32,000 bases of DNA from Thermodesulfobacteriota bacterium (GCA_026625185.1 CP113000.1:90001-122000); one strand, 5' to 3'; shown: positions 16,363-25,268, counted from the first letter of the stretch. Notes: generated by a model not told the origin, from the sequence alone. Numbers and translations: made by a program.

Positions 16363-16391
16363 ATAATTCGCCATTAATCTTCGCCAGTCAA
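16363..16391 (-). promoter_or_regulatory. sigma70-like promoter candidate for the small ORF
   Basis: Minus strand TTGACT-N17-AATTAT. The same motif is conserved in copy B. Confidence 0.35.
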
Positions 16392-16460
16392 TACGGGATA
16401 GTTACGTGTTTTCTACTTGGTAAAACCTAGCAAAAATAGGGAGGAAGCTGAAACTATCAG

Positions 16461-17765
16461 GAATTTCTAATGAATTTTTGATACGGGAGGTAACACCCAG
16501 AACAGTGAAAATGGGTATTTTATTTCTCACGGTGCGTCAAGGCACACGTTCTGCCTGCTATTTTTCGGACAGAGTGAGGAGAAAAGAGCACAGGTTGTTC
16601 GCTTTGTGGGCGACCCCCAGCTTCTTCCGGATGTTGTTCCGGTGGAATTCTACGGAACGTACGGAGAGCATGAGGATTTCCGCGATCTCCTTGCTGGACT
16701 TGCCGTCCTTGATCAGTTTGGTGATCTGGATCTCCCGGGGCGTAAACTTGGCAAAACGAGCGGAAAGTTTCTGCAGAAAGGGGTTAATGATCTGCTGAAG
16801 ATTGGTTTCGATGATGTCCATGTAATTCAATTGCGCGGGAGTCGAACAGCGCTTCCGGAGTTCACCCAGGTAAGGCAGAACTAATTTTTCGACATTGGCG
16901 ACGATTTTTTTCTCCATTTCCCTGATATCTGCCTCCCGGCGCTGGAGAATAACCTGCAGAGCCATGTTGGTCTCCGCAAGCTGCAGGGACTCAGCGGCCA
17001 ATTCCTCCTCCCTCTTTCTAAGAGCATCTTCGATACGCCTGCTTTCGGTGACGTCATGGCATATCACTTGAAATTGCTTTTTACCGTCCCATAACACGGC
17101 TCTGCGGAAAACCTGGAGGCGCCGGACGACGCCGTCTTTCCTGACGATACTTATTTCATATTCGTTCGGGACATATTCGCCCCGCAGTCTTTTATCGAAT
17201 CTTATCTTAAAGTCAGCATAACTTTCGGGAGTATAGCGCTTTTTAACGGGGATTGCTATCAGTTCATCAAGGCTGTCGTAGCCATAGATATCCAGGAAAG
17301 CCCGATTGGCATAAAGCGTCTCGCCATCGATCGTAACGATGCGTACCCCCAATGGTGATTCATCAAGGGAACGATGGAAGTTCTCTTCAGCCCGTTGCAG
17401 CGCCTCCTCCGTGCGCTTGCGCAAGCTGACGTCACGAAATGAGATGACCCTGCCCTGCAGCTCAGCCCCTTGCAGGAGAGGACGCGAAAAGCGTTCAAAT
17501 AACCTTCCGTCTTTGAAATACAGGGTATCGAAAGCATCTCCTTTCAATTTGGCCTGTTCCCGGACCGTTTGTAGGAAATCTTTCGGATCGCTCAGTTGAT
17601 CAAGGACGTATCGAAGCATGACATTGTAATCCTTGCCGGCTATTAACTCTTGGGGGATCATCCACATTTCCGAAAAACGTTCATTGCTAAAAAGCACCTT
17701 GTTGTCCAGGTTGACAGCGAGGATGCCGTCCGCTGTAGAGTCCAGAATCGCTTGCAGCGATAACT
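16461..17765. repeat. 1305-bp perfect direct repeat, copy A
   Basis: Identical to 23324-24628 (offset 6863). Overlapping ORFs in at least 4 frames translate identically in both copies, and spot-checked lines match. Confidence 0.9.
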
Positions 17766-18519
17766 CGCTTCCCTTGAGCGCCGCTTCTGTTTCCTGCCGG
17801 GCGGTGTCGCTCTTTTTTCGCTCCTCGATTTCCGCCAGTAACCGGGAGATTGTTTCCTCGAGTTTTGCGGTCCGCTCGGTTAATAGATTTTCAACCTCGT
17901 TTTTGGCCACCAGCAGCGCCTCCTCTGCCTGCTTGAGTGCCGTTATATCGGTGATAATGACCCGAACCAAAGGGAGATCGTTGGCGCTTCGCACCAAGGC
18001 GGCTTCGAAGTGTACCCATAAGAGAGCGCCGTCCTTGCGCAGCAGTCTGAGTTCGCCGTTTTGTGGCCCTCCCGTTTCTAAAAGCCCTCGCCAAAAACGG
18101 TAGTAGCGTTCCCGATCATTCCGGCATATAAAATCGGTGACCGGCCGGTTGAGCAACTGGTCTCTTTCCACGCCCATTACCTTCGCGGCGGCAAGATTGG
18201 TCTCCAGGATTATCCCCTCTTCACTGAGGGTGAGGTACCCTACCGGGGCCAGGTCATAGAGATCAAAGTACTTTCTCCGGGACGCTTCGAGTTCTTCCTG
18301 CGCCTGCCGCAGCTCCTTATTTTGCATCTCCAGCTCGTTCTGGTAGACCTGCAACTCGTGAATTGCCTGCCGCACATTCTCCTCAGCGGACAGCGCGTCC
18401 ATGTTTCCCGGCATCCGGGCAGCCTTCCGCCGGACTATCTCCTCTGCCTGCTTGCCAAAATCGACGAAATCATCTCGTCTGGTCTTTTTTGCGGTCATCA
18501 CGGCACCTTTCCGCCTCAT
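16558..18519 (-). CDS. triple-PAS sensor / LuxR-type (GerE HTH) transcriptional regulator, full length
   Basis: 653 aa. Coiled-coil linkers and three PAS-like modules, with C-terminal FTPREIQITKLIKDGKSSKEIAEILMLSVRSVEFHRNNIRKKLGV. SD GGAGAG sits before the ATG at 18519. Confidence 0.9.
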   Translation of the reverse strand: MRRKGAVMTAKKTRRDDFVDFGKQAEEIVRRKAARMPGNMDALSAEENVRQAIHELQVYQNELEMQNKELRQAQEELEASRRKYFDLYDLAPVGYLTLSEEGIILETNLAAAKVMGVERDQLLNRPVTDFICRNDRERYYRFWRGLLETGGPQNGELRLLRKDGALLWVHFEAALVRSANDLPLVRVIITDITALKQAEEALLVAKNEVENLLTERTAKLEETISRLLAEIEERKKSDTARQETEAALKGSELSLQAILDSTADGILAVNLDNKVLFSNERFSEMWMIPQELIAGKDYNVMLRYVLDQLSDPKDFLQTVREQAKLKGDAFDTLYFKDGRLFERFSRPLLQGAELQGRVISFRDVSLRKRTEEALQRAEENFHRSLDESPLGVRIVTIDGETLYANRAFLDIYGYDSLDELIAIPVKKRYTPESYADFKIRFDKRLRGEYVPNEYEISIVRKDGVVRRLQVFRRAVLWDGKKQFQVICHDVTESRRIEDALRKREEELAAESLQLAETNMALQVILQRREADIREMEKKIVANVEKLVLPYLGELRKRCSTPAQLNYMDIIETNLQQIINPFLQKLSARFAKFTPREIQITKLIKDGKSSKEIAEILMLSVRSVEFHRNNIRKKLGVAHKANNLCSFLLTLSEK

Positions 18520-19265
18520 GGACTCTCCGTCTTAGAGGCTGCTGTTCTTTTGTCGGTGTCCGGTTGTTTTTGTGTGGATCTTTTATCGGGCCCCCGTGTT
18601 ACAAATAACAATGACTGAAGGAAAGAAAAGAGGACGCGCTCGTTGGTAGATGTCAATGTCAATATTATAAAAATAATGCCAACTATCCGCAAGGATGTCA
18701 AATGAAATGTGTCCGATAGATGTTGGTTAACCTTTGAAACCATCACCCATTCTGTCTTCGACTGGTGGGTGATTTAAAGAAAGTTGGGTTTGATGACCGT
18801 CTTTACACAAGCTGTAAACTGAACTTCGTCCTACGGCAAAAAATTACTATAAAACATTGTTTCTCGTGATTTCACCGGCAAATTTTGAGGAATTGCTTAT
18901 TTTCTAATTATTTCAATAAAATACTAAATTCCAGGAAAATGGGGGAAATCAGGGGAGTAATCAATAAGATCAACGTGTTGTTTGGATTTGACAAAATGAA
19001 TCTGAGTTTTTTGGTAAAACCATGAATAGCAGAAGGGCGAAACCAGCCGTTGATTATAGACCAATCCAAAATTAGTGCAGATTATCCTTACCGATCCAAG
19101 TCAGTTCCAGTATTTTTCTCATGCTCGCAGGGAGAGCGTTAAAAAGTATGCGGTGGTGGTGTGCCGAGTATATGGAAATGGCGCTTGGGTGTCAAAGAAA
19201 AAATTACCACAATATCAATACCCTCCCCATCTCCTTTATATCTTTTATATCTTTCTTACCGTTCC

Positions 19266-19753
19266 TTACCAATGTTTCTTTTTTATCTCCCCTTTCATTA
19301 TCTTACCGGGTGAGTTTTTAGGCAGTTCATTCCAGAATTCAACAGATTTGGGTTTCTTATTTGAAGCAAGTTATTTTTGGCAAAATCAATAATCTCCTGT
19401 TCATTAGCCCGCCTCCCTGTCCTAAGTGCCACTATAGCCTTAACAGACTCACCACATTGTGAGTCAGTAACTCCAATTACAGCCGCTTCATGAAAGGCAG
19501 GATGTCTGCATAACACATCCTCAACCTCTTTGCTGGAGATATTTTTTCACCACTTATGACCATATCTTTCTTGCGATCAACAATATAGTATAGCTGTCCT
19601 CATCTACCCTTCCCACATTTCCGGTATATAGCCAACCATTTTTAAAGGTCTCTTTTGTCTCTTCAAGTTGTTTCCAGTAACCTAAGGTCAGGTTCCCTCT
19701 GGAATAATCTCTCCGATAAGCACACGCGAGGTTCTCGACTTATCTATTACCGG
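19266..19753 (-). pseudogene. acyl-CoA ligase (AMP-binding enzyme) C-terminal relic
   Basis: Minus-strand fragments across at least 3 frames: LGYWKQLEETKETFKNGWLYTGNVGRVDEDSY / YIVDRKKDMVISG / KEVEDVLCRHPAFHEAAVIGVTDSQCGESVKAIVAL / KKPKSVEFWNELPKNSPGKI. Confidence 0.7.
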
Positions 19754-22132
19754 GACACCTATAAATTTTGGTCTAAGTATAACCAGAACTGCTGGGATGA
19801 AAACCAATACTACAATAAGGCTGACAAACAGAATGCAGGAGAGGAACAAGCCCATTTCACCCCAGAATCTAACGCCGGATAAGAAATACCATAATGCAAC
19901 AGGGATTATTACAGTTGCCGCTGTGAAGAAGACAGCCTTGCCTGCTGTTGCCATTCCGTAGAATACTGCCTTATCCAGATCCGGCTCTAGCGCATACCCT
20001 TCCATTATACGTGAAATTATGTAAATGCCGAAATTTACAGCAATACCAAGACACACAGCTGTAACAGTAAGACTTGCTACTGTAATTCCAATATTCATAA
20101 AATATAGGATAGAAAACGTAACATTACGTGCAATAATTATGGGAATAATAAGTAAAACAGCACAAAGCGCACTTCTAAACGTACACACACATACGATAAA
20201 TATGAAGAATATAACCGCTATGGTTATAGCCCCTTGAGAGGCCATCAGTTCGTCATTTATTGCCTTTGTTAAACCTACACTACCGCTTGCAAGCTCTATT
20301 TTTACACCCTTGGGCGGTGGAAATCTTTCTATGTAATCCTTAGTATAATAAACCCCTTGATTTATCGTTTCCGGTAAATGGTCACGGAAGAAACTCGTTA
20401 CCTGAGCTTCCTGGAATGGTATATCAACAAAGCTTGCATAATCTCCAGGGTTTGCCTTTCCAATAAGGAAAAAGACCAGCTGATCTGAGGTTACCCGGTC
20501 CGGAGGTATAAAATACCATTTTGGATCCCCTCCATGAAATTCCCGGTTCAGTTTCTTTACCAGACCGGCAAAGGAGATAGTTCCACCGAATTTTTCCGGC
20601 ATATTCTCCCTCATAAATACATCATAACCGTCTATCCATCTAAGCGCCCCTGGTGTTTTTACATCCCCTGGGTTTTCTCCGCTAAGAAATATATTATATA
20701 TATCCGATCCGCTGCGGCTGTATAAGCTGGTAACGGTTTTAGCTGCCTGATTGTATTCTGAATTCGGCCAAAGGATTGGAGAACCAGGTGACAAGTCTCC
20801 AATCTTGAGATGGGCGGAAAAAACACTACTTATTAAAAAAATCAATCCAAGTATGCCAATGACTGCCCATCTTCCACGAACATCACAGGAGACAGCTGTT
20901 GTCAAATGAATTGTCTTGTCTATTACATCCTCTCTTTTTTTCTCAAGATCCAACTCAACTCCTCTAATCTTTACAGTTTTAGGCAGATATATACAAATAA
21001 GCGGGATAAGTATACCAGACATTAAAAATACACCAACCATCCAGAATGACATAGTTAATGCCATTACCTGTATACTTACAATACGGGCAAAGACAAGTGC
21101 AACAAATCCTCCGATCTCTGCCCCCACAGCCGAAGCATTTGGGATAATCATAGTATCGATTGTTTCAGCCGCAGCCTTAAGTGGATCAAGAAAGCGCTGA
21201 TACTCATCGATATAGCGTGCTGTAATCTGGATACCATGAGCAAATGACCTTGCACCAATCAAAAATGGTATCACGATAAGTAAAGGGTCCACGTTATAGC
21301 CCATAATACCTATGAATCCCAATCCCCATATACTACTGAGTACACCACATAAAATAGGCGCTGTCACCCCGGCGACACTGCGATATGAGATCAGGAGAAT
21401 TGCCAAGAAAAGCGCAAGTGTTAGTATAAATATTTTACCCATCTGGGGCATATAATAATATATCCATCCCATGAGCAGTGGTTGTCCTATAAACCTTACC
21501 TGGAGATTTGGATATTCTTTCTGATACTTACTTTTCAATCCTCTTACAAAATTAAAAAATTTTCTGTAATTGGCCTCTTCCTTCAGGGTGCCGGCCACAA
21601 GGGCAGAGGTTCCAGCGTCACTGACAAATATACCTTTATAAAGGATTGCATCGCCACCCAGTATCTTGCTTTTAAGTTTGGCGATACCATTTGCATCAGA
21701 AGGTGGTTCTGGGAACATAAGGGCATTTATCTCCACCTCCCCCTTACCTTTTGCCGCGATTGATTTTGCCTTATTCAGTCCAATGGAAGTTACAACGGAA
21801 CGCTGTACTTCAGGATAAAACACAACCTCATCTGTTAAATCAAATATGGCCTTCAACAACTTAGCCTCAAATATATCCCCCTTTATTGCATCTAAGGTGA
21901 TAACAAAATTGTCAATACCTCCAAATTTTTCCATATATTTGGCATTTATCTTTACAAAGTGATGTGAAGGGGGAAGCAGGTCTAATAATCTGACCTCAAA
22001 ATTTAACATTGTCACTCCATAGGCAAAGAATAGTGTTAAAGCGAATAAGATTATTAATATTCGTTTTCTGTATTTTACTAACTTCCAATTCCATCTTATT
22101 TTTTCTTCCATATCTTCTATTCTTTCTTCCAT
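19688..22132 (-). CDS. RND-superfamily transporter, copy 2 (orphan inverted paralog with a 21-aa foreign C-terminal tail)
   Basis: 814 aa, colinear with copy 1 over about 793 aa. Has its own SD (AAAGGGGG). The tail GVPVIDKSRTSRVLIGEIIPEGT is read from the acyl-CoA ligase relic. Confidence 0.85.
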   Translation of the reverse strand: MEERIEDMEEKIRWNWKLVKYRKRILIILFALTLFFAYGVTMLNFEVRLLDLLPPSHHFVKINAKYMEKFGGIDNFVITLDAIKGDIFEAKLLKAIFDLTDEVVFYPEVQRSVVTSIGLNKAKSIAAKGKGEVEINALMFPEPPSDANGIAKLKSKILGGDAILYKGIFVSDAGTSALVAGTLKEEANYRKFFNFVRGLKSKYQKEYPNLQVRFIGQPLLMGWIYYYMPQMGKIFILTLALFLAILLISYRSVAGVTAPILCGVLSSIWGLGFIGIMGYNVDPLLIVIPFLIGARSFAHGIQITARYIDEYQRFLDPLKAAAETIDTMIIPNASAVGAEIGGFVALVFARIVSIQVMALTMSFWMVGVFLMSGILIPLICIYLPKTVKIRGVELDLEKKREDVIDKTIHLTTAVSCDVRGRWAVIGILGLIFLISSVFSAHLKIGDLSPGSPILWPNSEYNQAAKTVTSLYSRSGSDIYNIFLSGENPGDVKTPGALRWIDGYDVFMRENMPEKFGGTISFAGLVKKLNREFHGGDPKWYFIPPDRVTSDQLVFFLIGKANPGDYASFVDIPFQEAQVTSFFRDHLPETINQGVYYTKDYIERFPPPKGVKIELASGSVGLTKAINDELMASQGAITIAVIFFIFIVCVCTFRSALCAVLLIIPIIIARNVTFSILYFMNIGITVASLTVTAVCLGIAVNFGIYIISRIMEGYALEPDLDKAVFYGMATAGKAVFFTAATVIIPVALWYFLSGVRFWGEMGLFLSCILFVSLIVVLVFIPAVLVILRPKFIGVPVIDKSRTSRVLIGEIIPEGT

Positions 22133-22475
22133 AATCCACCCCCTTTCTTTATATTTTTATAAAAATGGATCTTCCGGTTTTGTTGTGCATAAAATCATCC
22201 ACATTTATGCTTTTTAATAAATGAAGTTATGCCTTTTAGGATCAAGCATTCCTGATCCTTGATATCTTTGTGTTACAGGATGGAACAGGCCTTTTTTTGC
22301 TGGCGCTCAAGCCTTGCACTGTATTCTTGGGTTCGTCCAGATGTGGTTTTAGCGTGGATCGGGCACGGAATTACTGAGATTTTATATGTCTCGGCAAGTG
22401 TTTTCGCTTCCATCTATCTTCTGTAACCGAGATCAGAAAACGTGTCAATTCTCAAAGAACAATTGTTGTGCCTTT

Positions 22476-23048
22476 TCAAATTTTTAAAAGGGCTGTAATC
22501 CGACGATACCCATACCGGCCATACTTATTGGCTAGCCGAATAATCTCCGCTCTCAAACACCTCTTAACTATGGAATCATTTCTCTGGGTTGACCAGGGCT
22601 GATCGATCACCCGACAGACTCGCCGCTCGTATACGCCCATTCTCTCCCTGTCTTGTTCCACGTAGCGCCGGGGCCTGTCGGAACTTATAATAGTTTCCCT
22701 CAAGCGCCTCTTTCAGAATTTGCTTGTCCACGATGAACTCGGCCATCGCTTTCTTGAGACGGCCTTTCTCCCGCTCCAGATCCTTGATTCTCTTCACTTG
22801 GATGGTTTTCATACCGCCGTATTCCATACGCCAGCGTAAATAGGTCTGCTTCGTAATACCCATTTACCGACAGGCCTAACCCCCTCCTCCATTGGGATAG
22901 CTTCACATCTGCCTCCCGCGCAGGATCTCACTTCCCTCCTCCGCCTTAATAAAACGCTTCCAACTGATCCCTGACCCCCCCCATTACGATCCAGTTTATG
23001 CTTTAAATACTAACATAAAAACTGAACCGGTTTTCGAGGGGCTGGTCA
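22476..23048 (-). mobile_element. IS3-family relic (copy B: IRL, frameshifted orfA, first ~75 codons of orfB)
   Basis: GITKQTYLRWRMEYGGMKTIQVKRIKDLEREKGRLKK...DKQILKEALEG (OrfA), then RVCRVIDQPWSTQR...LANKYGRYGYRRITALL (OrfB N-terminus). Truncated at 22476. Confidence 0.7.
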
Positions 23049-23162
23049 TCTGTGATGCTTCTCATGAAATTTGGTGATAAGTTGGTTAATAACAATCAAG
23101 GCACATATTCCCACGAAGATATAAACACTATATAGAACGCTGGTCATAACGCTGGTTTCCAT
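23046..23162 (-). CDS. 38-aa single-TM ORF (copy B of 16187-16291)
   Basis: METSVMTSVLYSVYIFVGICALIVINQLITKFHEKHHR with SD AAAGGGGG. The longer 66-aa form in the ORF track is not conserved in copy A. Confidence 0.4.
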   Translation of the reverse strand: METSVMTSVLYSVYIFVGICALIVINQLITKFHEKHHR

Positions 23163-23193
23163 GGTTACACCCCCTTTCTTTAATGGGGATACT

Positions 23194-23212
23194 ATTGGTT
23201 TAGTGAACCAAT
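23194..23212 (-). promoter_or_regulatory. inverted repeat ATTGGTT-N5-AACCAAT (copy B)
   Basis: Perfect 7-bp arms, in the same position relative to the small ORF as in copy A. Confidence 0.35.
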
Positions 23213-23323
23213 ATAAATTTTCTTTTCTAAATATATAATTCGCCATTAAGCTCCACCAGTCAATACTGGATGGTTACGTGTTCTTTACTTGGTAAAACCT
23301 AGCAAAAATAGGGGGGGTATTCT

Positions 23324-24628
23324 GAATTTCTAATGAATTTTTGATACGGGAGGTAACACCCAGAACAGTGAAAATGGGTATTTTATTTCTCACGGTGCGT
23401 CAAGGCACACGTTCTGCCTGCTATTTTTCGGACAGAGTGAGGAGAAAAGAGCACAGGTTGTTCGCTTTGTGGGCGACCCCCAGCTTCTTCCGGATGTTGT
23501 TCCGGTGGAATTCTACGGAACGTACGGAGAGCATGAGGATTTCCGCGATCTCCTTGCTGGACTTGCCGTCCTTGATCAGTTTGGTGATCTGGATCTCCCG
23601 GGGCGTAAACTTGGCAAAACGAGCGGAAAGTTTCTGCAGAAAGGGGTTAATGATCTGCTGAAGATTGGTTTCGATGATGTCCATGTAATTCAATTGCGCG
23701 GGAGTCGAACAGCGCTTCCGGAGTTCACCCAGGTAAGGCAGAACTAATTTTTCGACATTGGCGACGATTTTTTTCTCCATTTCCCTGATATCTGCCTCCC
23801 GGCGCTGGAGAATAACCTGCAGAGCCATGTTGGTCTCCGCAAGCTGCAGGGACTCAGCGGCCAATTCCTCCTCCCTCTTTCTAAGAGCATCTTCGATACG
23901 CCTGCTTTCGGTGACGTCATGGCATATCACTTGAAATTGCTTTTTACCGTCCCATAACACGGCTCTGCGGAAAACCTGGAGGCGCCGGACGACGCCGTCT
24001 TTCCTGACGATACTTATTTCATATTCGTTCGGGACATATTCGCCCCGCAGTCTTTTATCGAATCTTATCTTAAAGTCAGCATAACTTTCGGGAGTATAGC
24101 GCTTTTTAACGGGGATTGCTATCAGTTCATCAAGGCTGTCGTAGCCATAGATATCCAGGAAAGCCCGATTGGCATAAAGCGTCTCGCCATCGATCGTAAC
24201 GATGCGTACCCCCAATGGTGATTCATCAAGGGAACGATGGAAGTTCTCTTCAGCCCGTTGCAGCGCCTCCTCCGTGCGCTTGCGCAAGCTGACGTCACGA
24301 AATGAGATGACCCTGCCCTGCAGCTCAGCCCCTTGCAGGAGAGGACGCGAAAAGCGTTCAAATAACCTTCCGTCTTTGAAATACAGGGTATCGAAAGCAT
24401 CTCCTTTCAATTTGGCCTGTTCCCGGACCGTTTGTAGGAAATCTTTCGGATCGCTCAGTTGATCAAGGACGTATCGAAGCATGACATTGTAATCCTTGCC
24501 GGCTATTAACTCTTGGGGGATCATCCACATTTCCGAAAAACGTTCATTGCTAAAAAGCACCTTGTTGTCCAGGTTGACAGCGAGGATGCCGTCCGCTGTA
24601 GAGTCCAGAATCGCTTGCAGCGATAACT
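23324..24628. repeat. 1305-bp perfect direct repeat, copy B
   Basis: See 16461-17765. Identity stops abruptly at 24628/24629, where an IS256 fragment begins. Confidence 0.9.
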
Positions 24629-24698
24629 TAATTTCTGAGTTTATATCTGCTTCGGAAACCTTTCTGGGTTGTTCTTCTTTTATAGTAATCTCGGTCAA
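23421..24698 (-). pseudogene. 5'-truncated duplicate of the PAS-LuxR regulator fused to an IS256 fragment
   Basis: The C-terminal 401 aa are identical to 16558-18519. The first 24 codons (TTG start, no SD) are an out-of-frame reading of the IS256 transposase fragment. PAS1 and the N-terminal region are missing. Confidence 0.7.
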
Positions 24699-24846
24699 GA
24701 AAGGCTGAGAGTTCTTCTTCTATGGCAATCTGCAACATCATCCTGGCGCCGGTGCGGGTGAGTTCCATAATTGATGAAATATGATTCATCTCTCTCATAT
24801 GTTTTTCAATTACTTCTTTGGTCTTTTTTGATACACTCTTTCTCAT
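24629..24846 (-). pseudogene. IS256-family (Mutator-type) transposase N-terminal fragment
   Basis: 72 codons: ...LTRTGARMMLQIAIEEELSAFLDRDYYKR..KGFRS.YK matches the conserved N-terminal block of IS256 transposases. Ends exactly at the repeat junction. Confidence 0.65.
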
Positions 24847-25127
24847 GGAAATAATTCTCCTTTCTTCCGTTTGGGAATTGGTTTATTCCATTGAGAATTA
24901 TACCCTTTTTTGAATTTACAGAAACTATTTTACGCTATCTAATACTATGCCACGAGTAGAAATTACCAGGATGACAAAGTGGTCACTCTATTTTTTAAGA
25001 TTTTATCTGATCCTTTTATTGCTATTGCTTTTGGAAAGATTTCTTAGAATTATTCATTGAATAATGATAGTTACCATATTGAATTTAATTAATTATTATA
25101 ATTTTAATCTTAGAGGAAGGAAGAAAT

Positions 25128-25268
25128 ATGTTTGAAGGTCTGTTTCAGCCCATCCATATCCTGCTTATTTTGCTTAACGCCCTAATTATCTTTGGGCCGG
25201 GCAAATTACCAGAATTGGGAGGTTCTTTAGGCAAAGCTATAAAGGACTCCAAAAAGGCTATAGCTTAA
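25128..25268 (+). CDS. tatA: twin-arginine translocase subunit TatA/E (46 aa as written)
   Basis: Not in the ORF track because it is under 60 aa. MFEGLFQPIHILLILLNALIIFGPGKLPELGGSLGKAIKDSKKAIA, with SD GAGGAAGG. Confidence 0.75.
   Translation: MFEGLFQPIHILLILLNALIIFGPGKLPELGGSLGKAIKDSKKAIA

Noticed and set aside
17259-18103. Several 86-156-aa ORFs overlapping the PAS-LuxR gene, and their duplicates at 24122-24708
   Set aside because: These are shadow ORFs in a G+C-richer gene with Ser/Arg-rich unnatural composition. They were useful only as proof that the two repeat copies are identical.
18516-18746. 76-codon minus-strand ORF overlapping the regulator start by ATGA
   Set aside because: It has no SD, low-complexity odd composition and no recognisable motif. 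The ATGA overlap alone is insufficient.
22290-22420. Possible integrase-core (rve) fragment ..LAETYKISVIPCPIHAKTTSGRTQEY.. on the minus strand
   Set aside because: The similarity to the P.H/YRPQT.GK.ER block is too weak to call without a database search, so it is not listed as a feature.
23163-23246. Longer 66-aa version of the small ORF in copy B
   Set aside because: The equivalent frame in copy A hits a stop after 17 codons. Only the 34/38-aa core and its SD are conserved.
16002-24628. Simple tandem duplication of a 6.86-kb unit
   Set aside because: The sequences flanking the two repeat copies differ on both sides: RND-1 terminator vs IS3 orfA/orfB, and regulator 5' part vs IS256 fragment. 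The history must therefore involve IS-associated deletions or conversion rather than a clean tandem duplication.
24971-25060. 29-codon Leu-rich ORF (MTKWSLYFLRFYLILLLLLLLERF...) upstream of tatA
   Set aside because: It has no SD, sits in low-complexity A+T-rich sequence and shows no conservation evidence.
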